Assembly: GCA_001823695.1 (NCBI GenBank)
Contig: MHVD01000002.1
Coordinates: forward strand, 15,215-79,214
Origin: Candidatus Zambryskibacteria bacterium RIFCSPHIGHO2_01_FULL_43_25
GTDB taxonomy: Bacteria > Patescibacteriota > Minisyncoccia > Phycocordibacterales > Zambryskibacteraceae
Reading direction: 5' to 3'
DNA length: 64,000 bases
A program made the position numbers and the translations under genes. The notes under the pieces are model-generated. The model saw only the letters and a list, made by a program, of their open reading frames with translations. It made no database searches and was not told the origin of the DNA. Below are positions 37,634-46,568 of the stretch, piece by piece; within the stretch, counting starts at the first letter, position 1; the number at the start of each line of letters is the position of its first letter.

Positions 37634-38323
37634 ATGGACTTTTCTTTGTTTGAAAACAAAATAGGCATAAATTTCAAAGATAAAAACCTGCTTAAACAGG
37701 CATTTGTCCACCGTTCGTATCTAAATGAAAACCGCGATTTTCCCCTAGGACACAACGAAAGGCTAGAGTTTCTGGGCGACGCGGTCTTGGAGCTTGTGGT
37801 AACGGAGGATCTGTACAGCCGTTTTCCCGAAAAGAATGAGGGAGAGATGACCAGTCTTCGCTCGGCCCTTGTCAACGCGAACACTCTCCATCTGGTCGCC
37901 AACAATCTCGGGGTCAATGGCTTTTTACTTCTTTCTCGCGGGGAGTCCAAAGACACCGGCCGGGCCAGACAATATATTCTGGCAAACACCATTGAATCCA
38001 TAATTGGCTCTATCTATATGGACCAAGGATACGAAGCGGCCAAGAAATTCGTCCACGACCACATCACCCCATTGATTGAGGCGATAATTTCGGAAGGCAG
38101 TTTTATGGACGCCAAGAGCACGTTCCAGGAAAAATCTCAAGACGAATACGGCATAACTCCCGTCTATAAGACGATTAAAGAATCAGGCCCGGATCATGAC
38201 AAGAAGTTTACCATTGGCGTTTTCATAGGCGATCAGCCCATTGCTTCGGGAGAAGGCGACTCAAAACAAGACGCCGAACAAGAAGCAGCCAGAAAAGCTT
38301 TGAAAAAAAAGAACTGGATGTAG
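37634..38323 (+). CDS. rnc: Ribonuclease III
   Basis: ERLEFLGDAVLELVV signature and C-terminal dsRBD. ATG immediately after the nusB-nudix stop. Confidence 0.9.
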   Translation: MDFSLFENKIGINFKDKNLLKQAFVHRSYLNENRDFPLGHNERLEFLGDAVLELVVTEDLYSRFPEKNEGEMTSLRSALVNANTLHLVANNLGVNGFLLLSRGESKDTGRARQYILANTIESIIGSIYMDQGYEAAKKFVHDHITPLIEAIISEGSFMDAKSTFQEKSQDEYGITPVYKTIKESGPDHDKKFTIGVFIGDQPIASGEGDSKQDAEQEAARKALKKKNWM

Positions 38324-38385
38324 GGACAGTCAGGGAAGTTTATAAGCTGTTAATTTATCAAATTTTATAAATTGGGTAAGTTGAG

Positions 38386-40638
38386 ATGTTGTTAAAATCT
38401 GTAGAATTATCCGGTTTTAAATCATTCGCTAAAAAAAGCGCATTCCAATTTACTTCCGCCATCTCAGCGATAGTAGGTCCTAACGGTTCCGGCAAAAGCA
38501 ATGTAGCCGAAGCTTTTCGTTTCGTTTTGGGAGAGCAATCAATAAAGTCACTGCGCGGCAAGCGCGGAGAAGATTTAATTTGGAACGGAGGCAAAGATGC
38601 GCCAAGATCAAATAGGGCAGATGTGAAAGTCATCTTTGATAACAGCAGGCGATTCCTGAATATTGATTTTGATGAAGTGTCAATTGAACGTGTCGTGAAC
38701 AGGGACTCAAGCAATGAGTATTTTATCAATGGCAGCCAAGTTCGGCTCAAAGATATAGTAGAACTTTTAGCTCATGCCCATATCGGTTCCTCCGGACACC
38801 ACATTATTTCTCAAGGCGAGGCAGACAGAATCTTGGGCAGTTCAATGAAGGAGCGCAGGGAAATGATTGAAGATGCGCTAGGTCTAAAGATATATCAATA
38901 CAAAAGACAGGAGAGTGAGCGCAAGCTTGAGAAAACCTTAAGCAATCTTGTCCAAGTTGAATCCTTAAGAAGAGAAGTGGCTCCCCACTTACGTTTTCTT
39001 AAAAAACAGGTGGAAAAGCTGGAAAGAATTGAACAGTTGAAAGAGAATCTCAAAGTCAAGGCGTTAGAATATCTAAAACGGGAGGAAATTTATCTTTCAA
39101 ACGAGGAGAAGAGCATTGAGGGAGCAAGAAAACCCCTTGAAGACGAGTTCAAAACTTGCGGAGAGGAGCTCAATTCGGCTAAGGAAGCTCTTGAGAAATC
39201 ATCAGGCAAGGATAAAAAAAGCGATGAGCTTATCTCTCTTGAGAAAAAAATCAAAGAAGCGAGGGAAAAATCTGAAGGAATAATACAAAAGGTAGGGAAA
39301 CTTGAAGGCCGTATTGTTGCGGAAGAGGAGATTTTAAATAAACAGAAGGAGATCGCCCTCTCTAGCGAACATAAGACAGTGCCTTTGGTTGAGGTTGAAA
39401 ATCTGGTTAAGGAAGCGGAAGGAAGCATTGAAGAAGCTGAAAAAGCGGGAGGCCTTGAAACTTTCAAAGCAGTGCTCTTCTCGCTTCGGCAGATGCTTCG
39501 TTCCTTTATTGAAAACAAAAAAGGCCAGACTGACAGCAGGATTATACAGGATACAGAACGAAAGATTCAGGAGTTTAAACATCTAAAAGACGAAGCCGAT
39601 AATAATCTGGCGGGTATAAAAAAGATCGAAGAGGAGCTGTACCGTCAGTACGAAAGTCTAAGAAAGGAGATTGAAACGGCCAAAGATTCAAGCCGAGATG
39701 CGGAAAAGAAAATGTTTGAAATAATGTCGCGGCAGAAAGAGATAAGTGCGGAACTCAATGTTTTGAGAGAAAGAGCCAGGCGTCTGACGTCGGAGAGTGA
39801 GGAGTTTAAGCGCGAAATTGCCGAAATTGCCGCTCTGGCCGGCAGAGAAATACTTGAGTACAAATCTTTCAGCGTTGATTCTTCTGATGAAAATAGAGAG
39901 AAACAGGAAGAGAGAAAAAGAGAAATAGAAAAATTTAAAATCCGCCTTGAGGATTCTGGACTTTTGGGCGGCGAAGACGTAATGAAGGAATTTAAGGAAA
40001 CCAGCGAAAGAGACTCTTTCTTGGAAAAAGAGATAAATGACTTGAGGGATTCGGCCGAATCCCTCAAGAAACTAATTGTTGACTTAGGCGAACAGCTTGA
40101 CCGCGAGTTTAAGGAGGGAATTGAGAAGATAAATAAGGAATTTCAGAACCTGTTTGCTCTAATGTTTAACGGTGGCTCGGCTTCCCTTAAGCTTATCAAA
40201 GCGCAAAAAAGGATAAAAAAGGAAACCGATGATCTGGAGCTTCCGACTGATAATGTGGAATCGGAGGAGAAAGAAGAGTTTGAAGAGGGAATTGACATTG
40301 ACGTGGTGCTTCCTAGAAAGAAAATAAAAGGGCTGATGATGCTCTCCGGCGGCGAGAGGGCGCTTACCTCCATAGCGCTTCTCTTCGCGATGTCTCAAGT
40401 CAACCCGCCGCCTTTTATTATTCTTGATGAAACGGATGCGGCGCTTGATGAAGCCAACTCCAAAAAATACGGCGATATGATAGAGGATCTCTCAAAATCT
40501 TCCCAGCTTATTCTCATAACCCACAACAGGGAAACAATGTCGCGCGCCGGCGTTATCTACGGAGTAACAATGGATTCAGGCGGCGTATCAAAAACTCTTT
40601 CAATCCAATTTGACGAGGCCACAGCAGTCGCAAAATAA
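38386..40638 (+). CDS. smc: SMC-family chromosome segregation ATPase, short (750 aa) form
   Basis: Walker A GPNGSGKSN, coiled-coil middle, LSGGERALTSIAL signature, Walker B ILDETDAALD. Canonical rnc-smc neighbourhood. Confidence 0.75.
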   Translation: MLLKSVELSGFKSFAKKSAFQFTSAISAIVGPNGSGKSNVAEAFRFVLGEQSIKSLRGKRGEDLIWNGGKDAPRSNRADVKVIFDNSRRFLNIDFDEVSIERVVNRDSSNEYFINGSQVRLKDIVELLAHAHIGSSGHHIISQGEADRILGSSMKERREMIEDALGLKIYQYKRQESERKLEKTLSNLVQVESLRREVAPHLRFLKKQVEKLERIEQLKENLKVKALEYLKREEIYLSNEEKSIEGARKPLEDEFKTCGEELNSAKEALEKSSGKDKKSDELISLEKKIKEAREKSEGIIQKVGKLEGRIVAEEEILNKQKEIALSSEHKTVPLVEVENLVKEAEGSIEEAEKAGGLETFKAVLFSLRQMLRSFIENKKGQTDSRIIQDTERKIQEFKHLKDEADNNLAGIKKIEEELYRQYESLRKEIETAKDSSRDAEKKMFEIMSRQKEISAELNVLRERARRLTSESEEFKREIAEIAALAGREILEYKSFSVDSSDENREKQEERKREIEKFKIRLEDSGLLGGEDVMKEFKETSERDSFLEKEINDLRDSAESLKKLIVDLGEQLDREFKEGIEKINKEFQNLFALMFNGGSASLKLIKAQKRIKKETDDLELPTDNVESEEKEEFEEGIDIDVVLPRKKIKGLMMLSGGERALTSIALLFAMSQVNPPPFIILDETDAALDEANSKKYGDMIEDLSKSSQLILITHNRETMSRAGVIYGVTMDSGGVSKTLSIQFDEATAVAK

Positions 40639-40765
40639 TTTGTGACACGCTATTAGGCATAAGCGATAAGCGTTGTGAAATAGCATTTTGCAATGGGGGC
40701 TTATAGTTTACCGTTTTCTCACTCGTTTAAATATTGTGTAGTAATAGCTATTTGGTTTAGTTTAT

Positions 40766-40805
40766 CAACTATATCCCTTATTCGCGCGAATAAGGGATAT
40801 AGTTG
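40766..40805. repeat. 40-bp perfect palindrome with GCGC centre
   Basis: caactatatcccttattcgc|gcgaataagggatatagttg. Confidence 0.85.
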
Positions 40806-40885
40806 GGAGTGGTTTTAAATTAAAGTAAATTAAGGCGAAAACATCTAGATATAATTGTATTTATCAGCTGATGGAAACATTTCGT

Positions 40886-40923
40886 ATTCTATTTGATATT
40901 TTGCGCAAAATATCAAATAGAAT
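40886..40923. repeat. 38-bp perfect palindrome with GCGC centre
   Basis: attctatttgatattttgc|gcaaaatatcaaatagaat. Confidence 0.85.
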
Positions 40924-40969
40924 GCTGGATTAGCGAGTAATAGTTAACGTTAAATTTTTTAAGCACAAA

Positions 40970-41000
40970 CCCTGACGTAACAAGTCCCGTTACGTCAGGG
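40970..41000 (-). terminator. Intrinsic terminator (GACGTAAC hairpin family) for the minus-strand GC-rich gene
   Basis: ccctgacgtaac-loop-gttacgtcaggg; on the minus strand it is followed by tttgtgctt. Confidence 0.6.
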
Positions 41001-41017
41001 TGGCCACGGGGGTCAGT

Positions 41018-41401
41018 TCACAGTTCCATACATGCTCTGATGAACTTCTCAGTGATTGCGTACCGTCCGTCGGTGAACAATACGAGGTATGGCGGTGCAT
41101 CCGTCCACTCTTCTCTGTTGGCCTGCTTGAGACTTGCATCGTCGTACCACACTCCGGACAGTCCGAAAAACATCAAGTCTGGGTCCCAACCTTGAGAGTT
41201 GTAGAACTCAACCAGCTCCCGAATCGTAAATCTGGTCCACTCTCCACGTGATCTGAAGAAAAGGAGCAGTTTGGCGGCGGCGACCTCAACCTCATGCTTG
41301 CCAAACCTCCCTACCGCGAGCCCTCTCATCTCGATTTGCAATGGAGTTGACAGTTTGAGGGCGGCCGCGTCCGAATTGCTCCATACCTCTTGGGTGGTCA
41401 T
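41018..41401 (-). CDS. Hypothetical protein on a GC-rich cassette (~56% GC)
   Basis: AGGAGG RBS before the internal ATG (MTTQEV...). No recognisable domain. Own terminator. Confidence 0.4.
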   Translation of the reverse strand: MTTQEVWSNSDAAALKLSTPLQIEMRGLAVGRFGKHEVEVAAAKLLLFFRSRGEWTRFTIRELVEFYNSQGWDPDLMFFGLSGVWYDDASLKQANREEWTDAPPYLVLFTDGRYAITEKFIRACMEL

Positions 41402-41533
41402 TTTCCAGCCTCCTGTTTTCTGTGGTTGTACTTCCAAAGCAAAGACTATCACTGGCAGAGTAGTGTGTCAAAAGCCGAAACTCCTGATGTATAAGTATGT
41501 TGAAAGAAACCTAAAATCTACACAAAAACAAAA

Positions 41534-41567
41534 CCCCGACGTAATTACGTATGTAATTACGTCGGGG
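41534..41567 (-). terminator. Intrinsic terminator (15-bp stem, same GACGTAA family) for the CYTH gene
   Basis: ccccgacgtaattac-gtat-gtaattacgtcgggg; on the minus strand it is followed by ttttgtttttgtg. Confidence 0.7.
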
Positions 41568-41600
41568 GGCAGAACTGTTTCAGTTGTCAGGGTGAGCGGG

Positions 41601-42101
41601 CTAACCCAACGATCCTCGGGCGATTTCTCTGTTGGAGTACTTCTTCTGGCCGGTGACTTCAACGTATCTCCTACCGAGGTGCTCGGGGAAATGAACCATC
41701 TCGTTCATGTCCTCAAGCTCAACCTCAAGGATGACCAGCCAGTCCACGGGCTCCAAATACTTATCCAGTTCGAATGTGTGGCCCATGTATTCAAACGTAT
41801 AGCGGATCTTTCGGATGGTGGCGCTATCAAGGTCCCTTTCTTTCAGAAAAAGAGAGTACTCTTCGGCGCTGATTTCCAACTCTTCCTCTTGGCGAATGCC
41901 TGTCTTGCCCGCCGGCTTCTTGGTTGTATAGAAGAATCTCGTGGAACCTGCGGTGATGACCTTTCTGACGCGCCTTTCAGCGCCGGAATCGTCCGTGAGG
42001 TAGGTCTGCTCTATCTCTCTTACGGATGCGTCCTCCGGAATCATGAACGGGCTGAAGTCCGATACGCGAAACTTCCTCTCAATCTCAAGCTTGTTTGCCA
42101 T
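41601..42101 (-). CDS. CYTH-domain protein (CyaB/thiamine-triphosphatase-like triphosphate tunnel metalloenzyme)
   Basis: N-terminal LEIERKF (ExExK), acidic EEELEISAEE and LEVELE strands. Own promoter TTGATC-16-TAATAT and AGGAG RBS upstream. Confidence 0.65.
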   Translation of the reverse strand: MANKLEIERKFRVSDFSPFMIPEDASVREIEQTYLTDDSGAERRVRKVITAGSTRFFYTTKKPAGKTGIRQEEELEISAEEYSLFLKERDLDSATIRKIRYTFEYMGHTFELDKYLEPVDWLVILEVELEDMNEMVHFPEHLGRRYVEVTGQKKYSNREIARGSLG

Positions 42102-42169
42102 TGCAGTTCTCCTGTGGAGGAAGGAACTATACCAACGTCTATATTACATTCTTAATTTTTTTGATCAAA

Positions 42170-44095
42170 CTACACAAAAACAAAATCCAGTGTTCTTTTG
42201 TCCAGGTCGGCATCAACGAGTTTCACTCTTACTTTGTCTCCAAGCGTAAACTTCCTTTTTAATTTTGTGCCAACGATAGCGTAATTTTCTCTTTGGAGTT
42301 CATAAAAATCATCAGTCATATCTCTCATTCTGACCATTCCTTCCGCTTTGGTTTCAGTTTCTTCAACATAGACACCCCACTCGGATACTCCGGAAACGAC
42401 AGCATTAAATTCCTCGCCGACATGTCCGAGCATATACTCAACCTGTTTGTATTTGATTGAAGCTCTCTCCGCTTCGGCAGCAGAAATTTCCTTGTCTGAC
42501 GAGTCTTGAGCGATGCTTTGATAGAGAGCGATCTCATCTCTGGCGACCTGTCCGCTTGTCAGGTAACGCTCAAAAAGCCGGTGAACTATGAGGTCGGGAT
42601 ACCGGCGGATTGGGGAAGTGAAATGGGTGTAGTACTTGAAAGCCAAGCCAAAATGGCCAATGTTTTTTGTGGAATAAATCGCTTTTGCCATAGAACGGAT
42701 AGCCGCAGTCTTGACCAAAGATTCTTCCTCCGTGCCATCAACTTGTTTGAGCAGGACGTTCATATCCTTTGCGGAAATCGTACCGTTCTCAATCGGCAGG
42801 TGGTATCCCAGCGCTTTGATAAAGACCGACAGCTCGGCAATCTTATCCCTGTCCGGTATGTCGTGTATTCGGTATATGAACGATTTGTTCTGGCGGGTTT
42901 TCTTCTCGTCTTTGTACATAAACTCGGCTACCTCGCGATTTGCCAAAAGCATAAATTCCTCCACCAATTTGTGGGTGTCCTTACGCTCCTTCTTGTATAT
43001 GCGGACGGGTACGCCGTCTTTATCAAGCTCAAACTTTATTTCTTCCGCTTCAAAATCTATGGCGCCGGCGGCAAACTTCTTCTCAGCGAGTTTTTTTGCG
43101 ATGCGATTCAGTATGTTGAGTTCATTATAAAAATCACCCCGTTTTTTGTCCAAAATATCTTGTGCCTCTTCATAGACGAAACGCCTGTTCGAGTGAATTA
43201 CTGTTTTGCCGAACCACCTCTCCAAAACCTCCCCGTTTTCATTCATTGTGAAGACGGCCGAGAAAGTCAGTTTATCTTGGTTGGGGTTCAGGGAGCAGAG
43301 TTCGTTTGAAAGCGTTTCCGGAAGCATCGGGATAGTGCGGTCAACGAGGTAAACCGAAAATCCTCTTTTGCGCGCCTCCCTGTCTAGTGCATTTTTAGGC
43401 CTGACAAAAAAGGAAACATCCGCGATGTGAATACCTATTTCATATTTGCCGCCAGGTAGCTCTTTTATGGAGAGCGCATCGTCAAAGTCTTTGGCGTCCT
43501 GCGGGTCAATAGTAAACGTTGTAGTGCCCCGGAAGTTTCTTCTTTTGGCTGCCTCGACTTCAAATTCTTTCGGATATCCTGTCTTTATCTTTTGGGCCTC
43601 TTTCTCAACCGTGGCGGAAAACTCGGTATCAAAACCTCGCTCGAGCACAATGGCCCGCATCTCAACCTCGTGGCTGCCCTTGCGGCCGAGGATTTGAATG
43701 ACCCTGCCTTCAGGCGACTTGTCGGGGTCCTTCCAGCTGATTATTTCAACAAATACCTTGTCTCCATCTTTGGCCTTTTTTGATTTTGATGAATGGACGA
43801 AAATGTCCCGATACATTCGGCGATCGTCCGGCTTCAGGAAAAAGAAGTCACCCGACTGCTCCAATACTCCAACGAAGCGTATCTTTGTGCGCTTAATAAT
43901 CCTTAAAACCTCGCCCTGCTGCCGCAGATTCTTCTTTTTGGGAAAAACGGCTATTTCCACCTCGTCGCCGTTAAGAGCGGTTTTAAGCAGGCCTTCAGGA
44001 ATTTCAATATCTTCTTCAAATCGGTCCGACTCGAAGTAGCCGATTCCCCGGCCGGTTACTATTATCGGTCCGGTAAGCTTAGTGTTTTCTTTCAT
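42170..44095 (-). CDS. rnr: Ribonuclease R (RNB family) with C-terminal S1 domain
   Basis: Cold-shock/OB N-terminus, RNB catalytic region and S1 domain GEEFNAVVSGVSEWGVYVE. Confidence 0.85.
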   Translation of the reverse strand: MKENTKLTGPIIVTGRGIGYFESDRFEEDIEIPEGLLKTALNGDEVEIAVFPKKKNLRQQGEVLRIIKRTKIRFVGVLEQSGDFFFLKPDDRRMYRDIFVHSSKSKKAKDGDKVFVEIISWKDPDKSPEGRVIQILGRKGSHEVEMRAIVLERGFDTEFSATVEKEAQKIKTGYPKEFEVEAAKRRNFRGTTTFTIDPQDAKDFDDALSIKELPGGKYEIGIHIADVSFFVRPKNALDREARKRGFSVYLVDRTIPMLPETLSNELCSLNPNQDKLTFSAVFTMNENGEVLERWFGKTVIHSNRRFVYEEAQDILDKKRGDFYNELNILNRIAKKLAEKKFAAGAIDFEAEEIKFELDKDGVPVRIYKKERKDTHKLVEEFMLLANREVAEFMYKDEKKTRQNKSFIYRIHDIPDRDKIAELSVFIKALGYHLPIENGTISAKDMNVLLKQVDGTEEESLVKTAAIRSMAKAIYSTKNIGHFGLAFKYYTHFTSPIRRYPDLIVHRLFERYLTSGQVARDEIALYQSIAQDSSDKEISAAEAERASIKYKQVEYMLGHVGEEFNAVVSGVSEWGVYVEETETKAEGMVRMRDMTDDFYELQRENYAIVGTKLKRKFTLGDKVRVKLVDADLDKRTLDFVFV

Positions 44096-44204
44096 CGTTT
44101 GAATTTGTCACGGTTAATCATCTTACTATTTTATGGTGTTATTTTCCAGTTTCTATTGAAACTCTGGTTAATGACTTCTGCAAAAAACAATGGACCCCAT
44201 TTTT

Positions 44205-44233
44205 GACATATTTTCTCTGGGCAGATAATCTTT
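44205..44233 (+). promoter_or_regulatory. Promoter TTGACA-17-TAATCT upstream of a small membrane-protein gene
   Basis: ttgacatattttctctgggcagataatct, then GGAGGAGGG RBS. Confidence 0.4.
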
Positions 44234-44254
44234 ACCTGGATTAAGCACACCCTT

Positions 44255-44512
44255 TTGGAGGAGGGTACGATGGAGAGAAACACAGTCGGTAGCCGCGGCG
44301 CTCTGAATCACGAGTACTGCCGGAGCGAATCACTTGGCTGGATGAGGATTTTGATTGTCCTCATCGAATATCCCTTTTTCGTGTTTCTTACCGCACTGGG
44401 AGTCGTCGCTTTCTTCTTACTTGGTTCAATTCTGGTGGTTGTATTCGGCTGGCGGAATTTGCTCTCGGATGCTAGGGAGTCTACCGACTCTCTCTTTTGG
44501 ACCGATTCCTGA
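44255..44512 (+). CDS. Hypothetical small membrane protein
   Basis: Strong RBS, one long hydrophobic span, followed by a very strong terminator. Confidence 0.45.
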   Translation: MEEGTMERNTVGSRGALNHEYCRSESLGWMRILIVLIEYPFFVFLTALGVVAFFLLGSILVVVFGWRNLLSDARESTDSLFWTDS

Positions 44513-44530
44513 CATGGCCCACAACTTGCA

Positions 44531-44576
44531 AACCGCCCCCGTTTCGCCCTAGGCGAGACGGGGGCGGTTCTTTGTT
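44531..44576 (+). terminator. Intrinsic terminator (~18-bp GC stem)
   Basis: aaccgcccccgtttcgcc-ctag-gcgagacgggggcggtt followed by ctttgtt. Confidence 0.75.
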
Positions 44577-44720
44577 GACCAAATTTAATTTTTTAGTTAC
44601 TATACTGGCCACATTGCCCCGTTGTAAATTCAATTTGAGTTAATGTTGCTTTTAAGGTACATTTACGGAGCAAGTTTTTGGAGTTACTGACTTTAATTAT
44701 CAGATAAAATTTACTTCGGG

Positions 44721-45209
44721 ATGTTGAAAATACGGCTGGAGAGAGTTGGCAGAAAAAATGACCCGTCTTTCAGGGTTGTTCTAACTGAATCAAAAAATGC
44801 CGCAAAGAGCGGCAAATTTCTGAAAGTCTTGGGCCATTATGACTCGAGAAAAGACACTATCCGCTTGGAAGGGGAAGAGATAAAAAGTTGGATTTCAAAA
44901 GGCGCTCAAGTTTCGGATACGATGCACAATCTCTTAATTTCAAACAAAATACTGGAAGGCAAGAAGAAAAATGTTCTGCCGCGCAAGAGACCAATAACAA
45001 AGGAACCTACAACGAACGACTTACAACAGACAACACAATCAGAGCAGATAGCAACAAACGAAGCGGAAACCCAGTCAGAATCTCAGCCGGAGAGCGCCGA
45101 AGAAGAGGCCAAAGCGCAAGAATCTCCGGTCGCGAAGATTTCTAGCCAAGAATCTCTCGTCCCGGTCCCAGAAGAGAGGGAGGCTTCCGAGGGCGAAGAG
45201 AAGACCTAA
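44721..45209 (+). CDS. rpsP: 30S ribosomal protein S16 with C-terminal extension
   Basis: MLKIRLERVGRKNDPSFRVV. Confidence 0.85.
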   Translation: MLKIRLERVGRKNDPSFRVVLTESKNAAKSGKFLKVLGHYDSRKDTIRLEGEEIKSWISKGAQVSDTMHNLLISNKILEGKKKNVLPRKRPITKEPTTNDLQQTTQSEQIATNEAETQSESQPESAEEEAKAQESPVAKISSQESLVPVPEEREASEGEEKT

Positions 45210-45299
45210 TTATTGGGGCTTTTACAACTCCTATTTTTTTGGTAATATGTTTTAAAGCATTAACTGAAATGCTGTTTAGTAGTAGTTGAACAGAAAAAC

Positions 45300-45608
45300 A
45301 TGGAAAGAGACGTAGAATTTTTGGAGATGGTTGTTAAGGCGCTTGTAGACAATCCTCAAGACGTTAAGACCAATCGGACAGTAGACGAAATGGGCGTGCT
45401 CATAACTCTCGATGTCAATTCGGCCGATATGGGCAAGATTATCGGGCGGTCAGGAAATACTGCCAAGGCGATAAGAACATTACTTAGAGTTGTTGGGATG
45501 AAGAATAATGCCAGGGTGAACCTCAAGATCAATGAACCGGAGGGGGCAAAGAGGAACGACTCTGTGACCAAAGATTTTGACCAGGCAATGGAAGATCTCA
45601 AATTATAG
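45300..45608 (+). CDS. KH-domain RNA-binding protein (YlqC/UPF0109-like)
   Basis: GKIIGRSGNTAKAIRTLL KH motif. Typical position between rpsP and trmD. Confidence 0.8.
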   Translation: MERDVEFLEMVVKALVDNPQDVKTNRTVDEMGVLITLDVNSADMGKIIGRSGNTAKAIRTLLRVVGMKNNARVNLKINEPEGAKRNDSVTKDFDQAMEDLKL

Positions 45609-45641
45609 CTTGCTAGCTAATTAGCTGCTTAGCTTGTTAAA

Positions 45642-45675
45642 CACAAACGCCCCCGAGCGGGGCGTTTGTGTTTTC
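45642..45675 (+). terminator. Intrinsic terminator
   Basis: cacaaacgcccc-cgagc-ggggcgtttgtg followed by ttttctc. Confidence 0.7.
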
Positions 45676-45715
45676 TCGGAAAAGCTTATAAGCTGAAAAA
45701 CCAAGAAGTTAATTT

Positions 45716-46366
45716 ATGACTTTTCACATAGTAACCCTTTTCCCCAAAGCTTTTGATTCATATCTCAATGAGTCAATCCTTAAGCGCGCCATTAAAGACA
45801 GGAAGATAAAGGTCAGGTTTTACAATCCGAGGGATTTCACGAAGGATAAGTGGCGACGAATAGACCGCAAACCTTTTGGCGGCGGTCCCGGTATGGTCAT
45901 CGAAGCGGTGCCCGTAATAAAAGCAGTTGCCAAAGCAACTGCTGGAATTAAGAATAAGGAATTAGGAATAAAGATTGTCTGGTTAAGTCCTGGAGGAAAA
46001 CAGTTTACGAATCAATATGCCGAAAAAGTCCGCAAGTCATCAAGTGACATTATAATTATCTGCGGAAGGTATGAAGGGATTGATTCAAGGATAAAAAAAG
46101 TTTTCAAAGTAGACGAGATATCTGTAGGACCGTATGTGCTTACAGGAGGGGAGTTACCGGCAATGATTATAATTGATGCGATAAGCCGAAGGGTTCCCGG
46201 AGTGCTGGGGGACAATCTTTCGGTAGAGGAAAACAGGGTTTCTTCGCACGATGTTTACACAAGGCCGGAAATTTTTGAATACAAAGGCAAAAAATACAAA
46301 GTGCCAAAAGTGCTTCTCTCTGGTCATCACAAGAAAATAGAAGAGTGGAAAAAAAGATATAAGTAA
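45716..46366 (+). CDS. trmD: tRNA (guanine37-N1)-methyltransferase
   Basis: MTFHIVTLFPKAF...RPFGGGPGMV and the SPOUT knot region. Confidence 0.9.
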   Translation: MTFHIVTLFPKAFDSYLNESILKRAIKDRKIKVRFYNPRDFTKDKWRRIDRKPFGGGPGMVIEAVPVIKAVAKATAGIKNKELGIKIVWLSPGGKQFTNQYAEKVRKSSSDIIIICGRYEGIDSRIKKVFKVDEISVGPYVLTGGELPAMIIIDAISRRVPGVLGDNLSVEENRVSSHDVYTRPEIFEYKGKKYKVPKVLLSGHHKKIEEWKKRYK

Positions 46367-46397
46367 AAAGGTTATCCACAGGGAGAATGGCGGCCTC

Positions 46398-46425
46398 TTG
46401 ACAGGAAAAACAGGGAGAGTATACT
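46398..46425 (+). promoter_or_regulatory. Promoter TTGACA-16-TATACT for rpoBC
   Basis: ttgacaggaaaaacagggagagtatact. About 140-nt leader containing a hairpin plus U-tract (46537-46565) just before the rpoB ATG. Confidence 0.45.
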
Positions 46426-46568
46426 ATTTCCACTTCGGCAAGATTGAGTTACGGCGGGAAAACGAAGTAGTTGCGGTCTCGTTTTTTAGTATCTTGCTTC
46501 TAATAAGCCATTAACAGGGAGAGGTAATAATAGGTAGCCCTTATCAGAAGGGCGGCTTTTTTGTTTTT

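Noticed and set aside
40970-41567. Integron attC-like sites for the cassette hairpins
   Set aside because: The hairpins lack the GTTRRRY core and R/L box organisation, no intI gene is present, and each is followed by a U/T-rich tail typical of intrinsic terminators. They were kept as a terminator family.
41271-42155. 294-aa plus-strand ORF across the GC-rich cassettes
   Set aside because: Antisense to two well-supported minus-strand genes (the CYTH gene and the 128-aa gene, each with RBS and terminator). Long spurious ORFs are expected in GC-rich DNA.
42506-43309. 267-aa plus-strand ORF inside rnr
   Set aside because: Antisense to the RNase R coding sequence.
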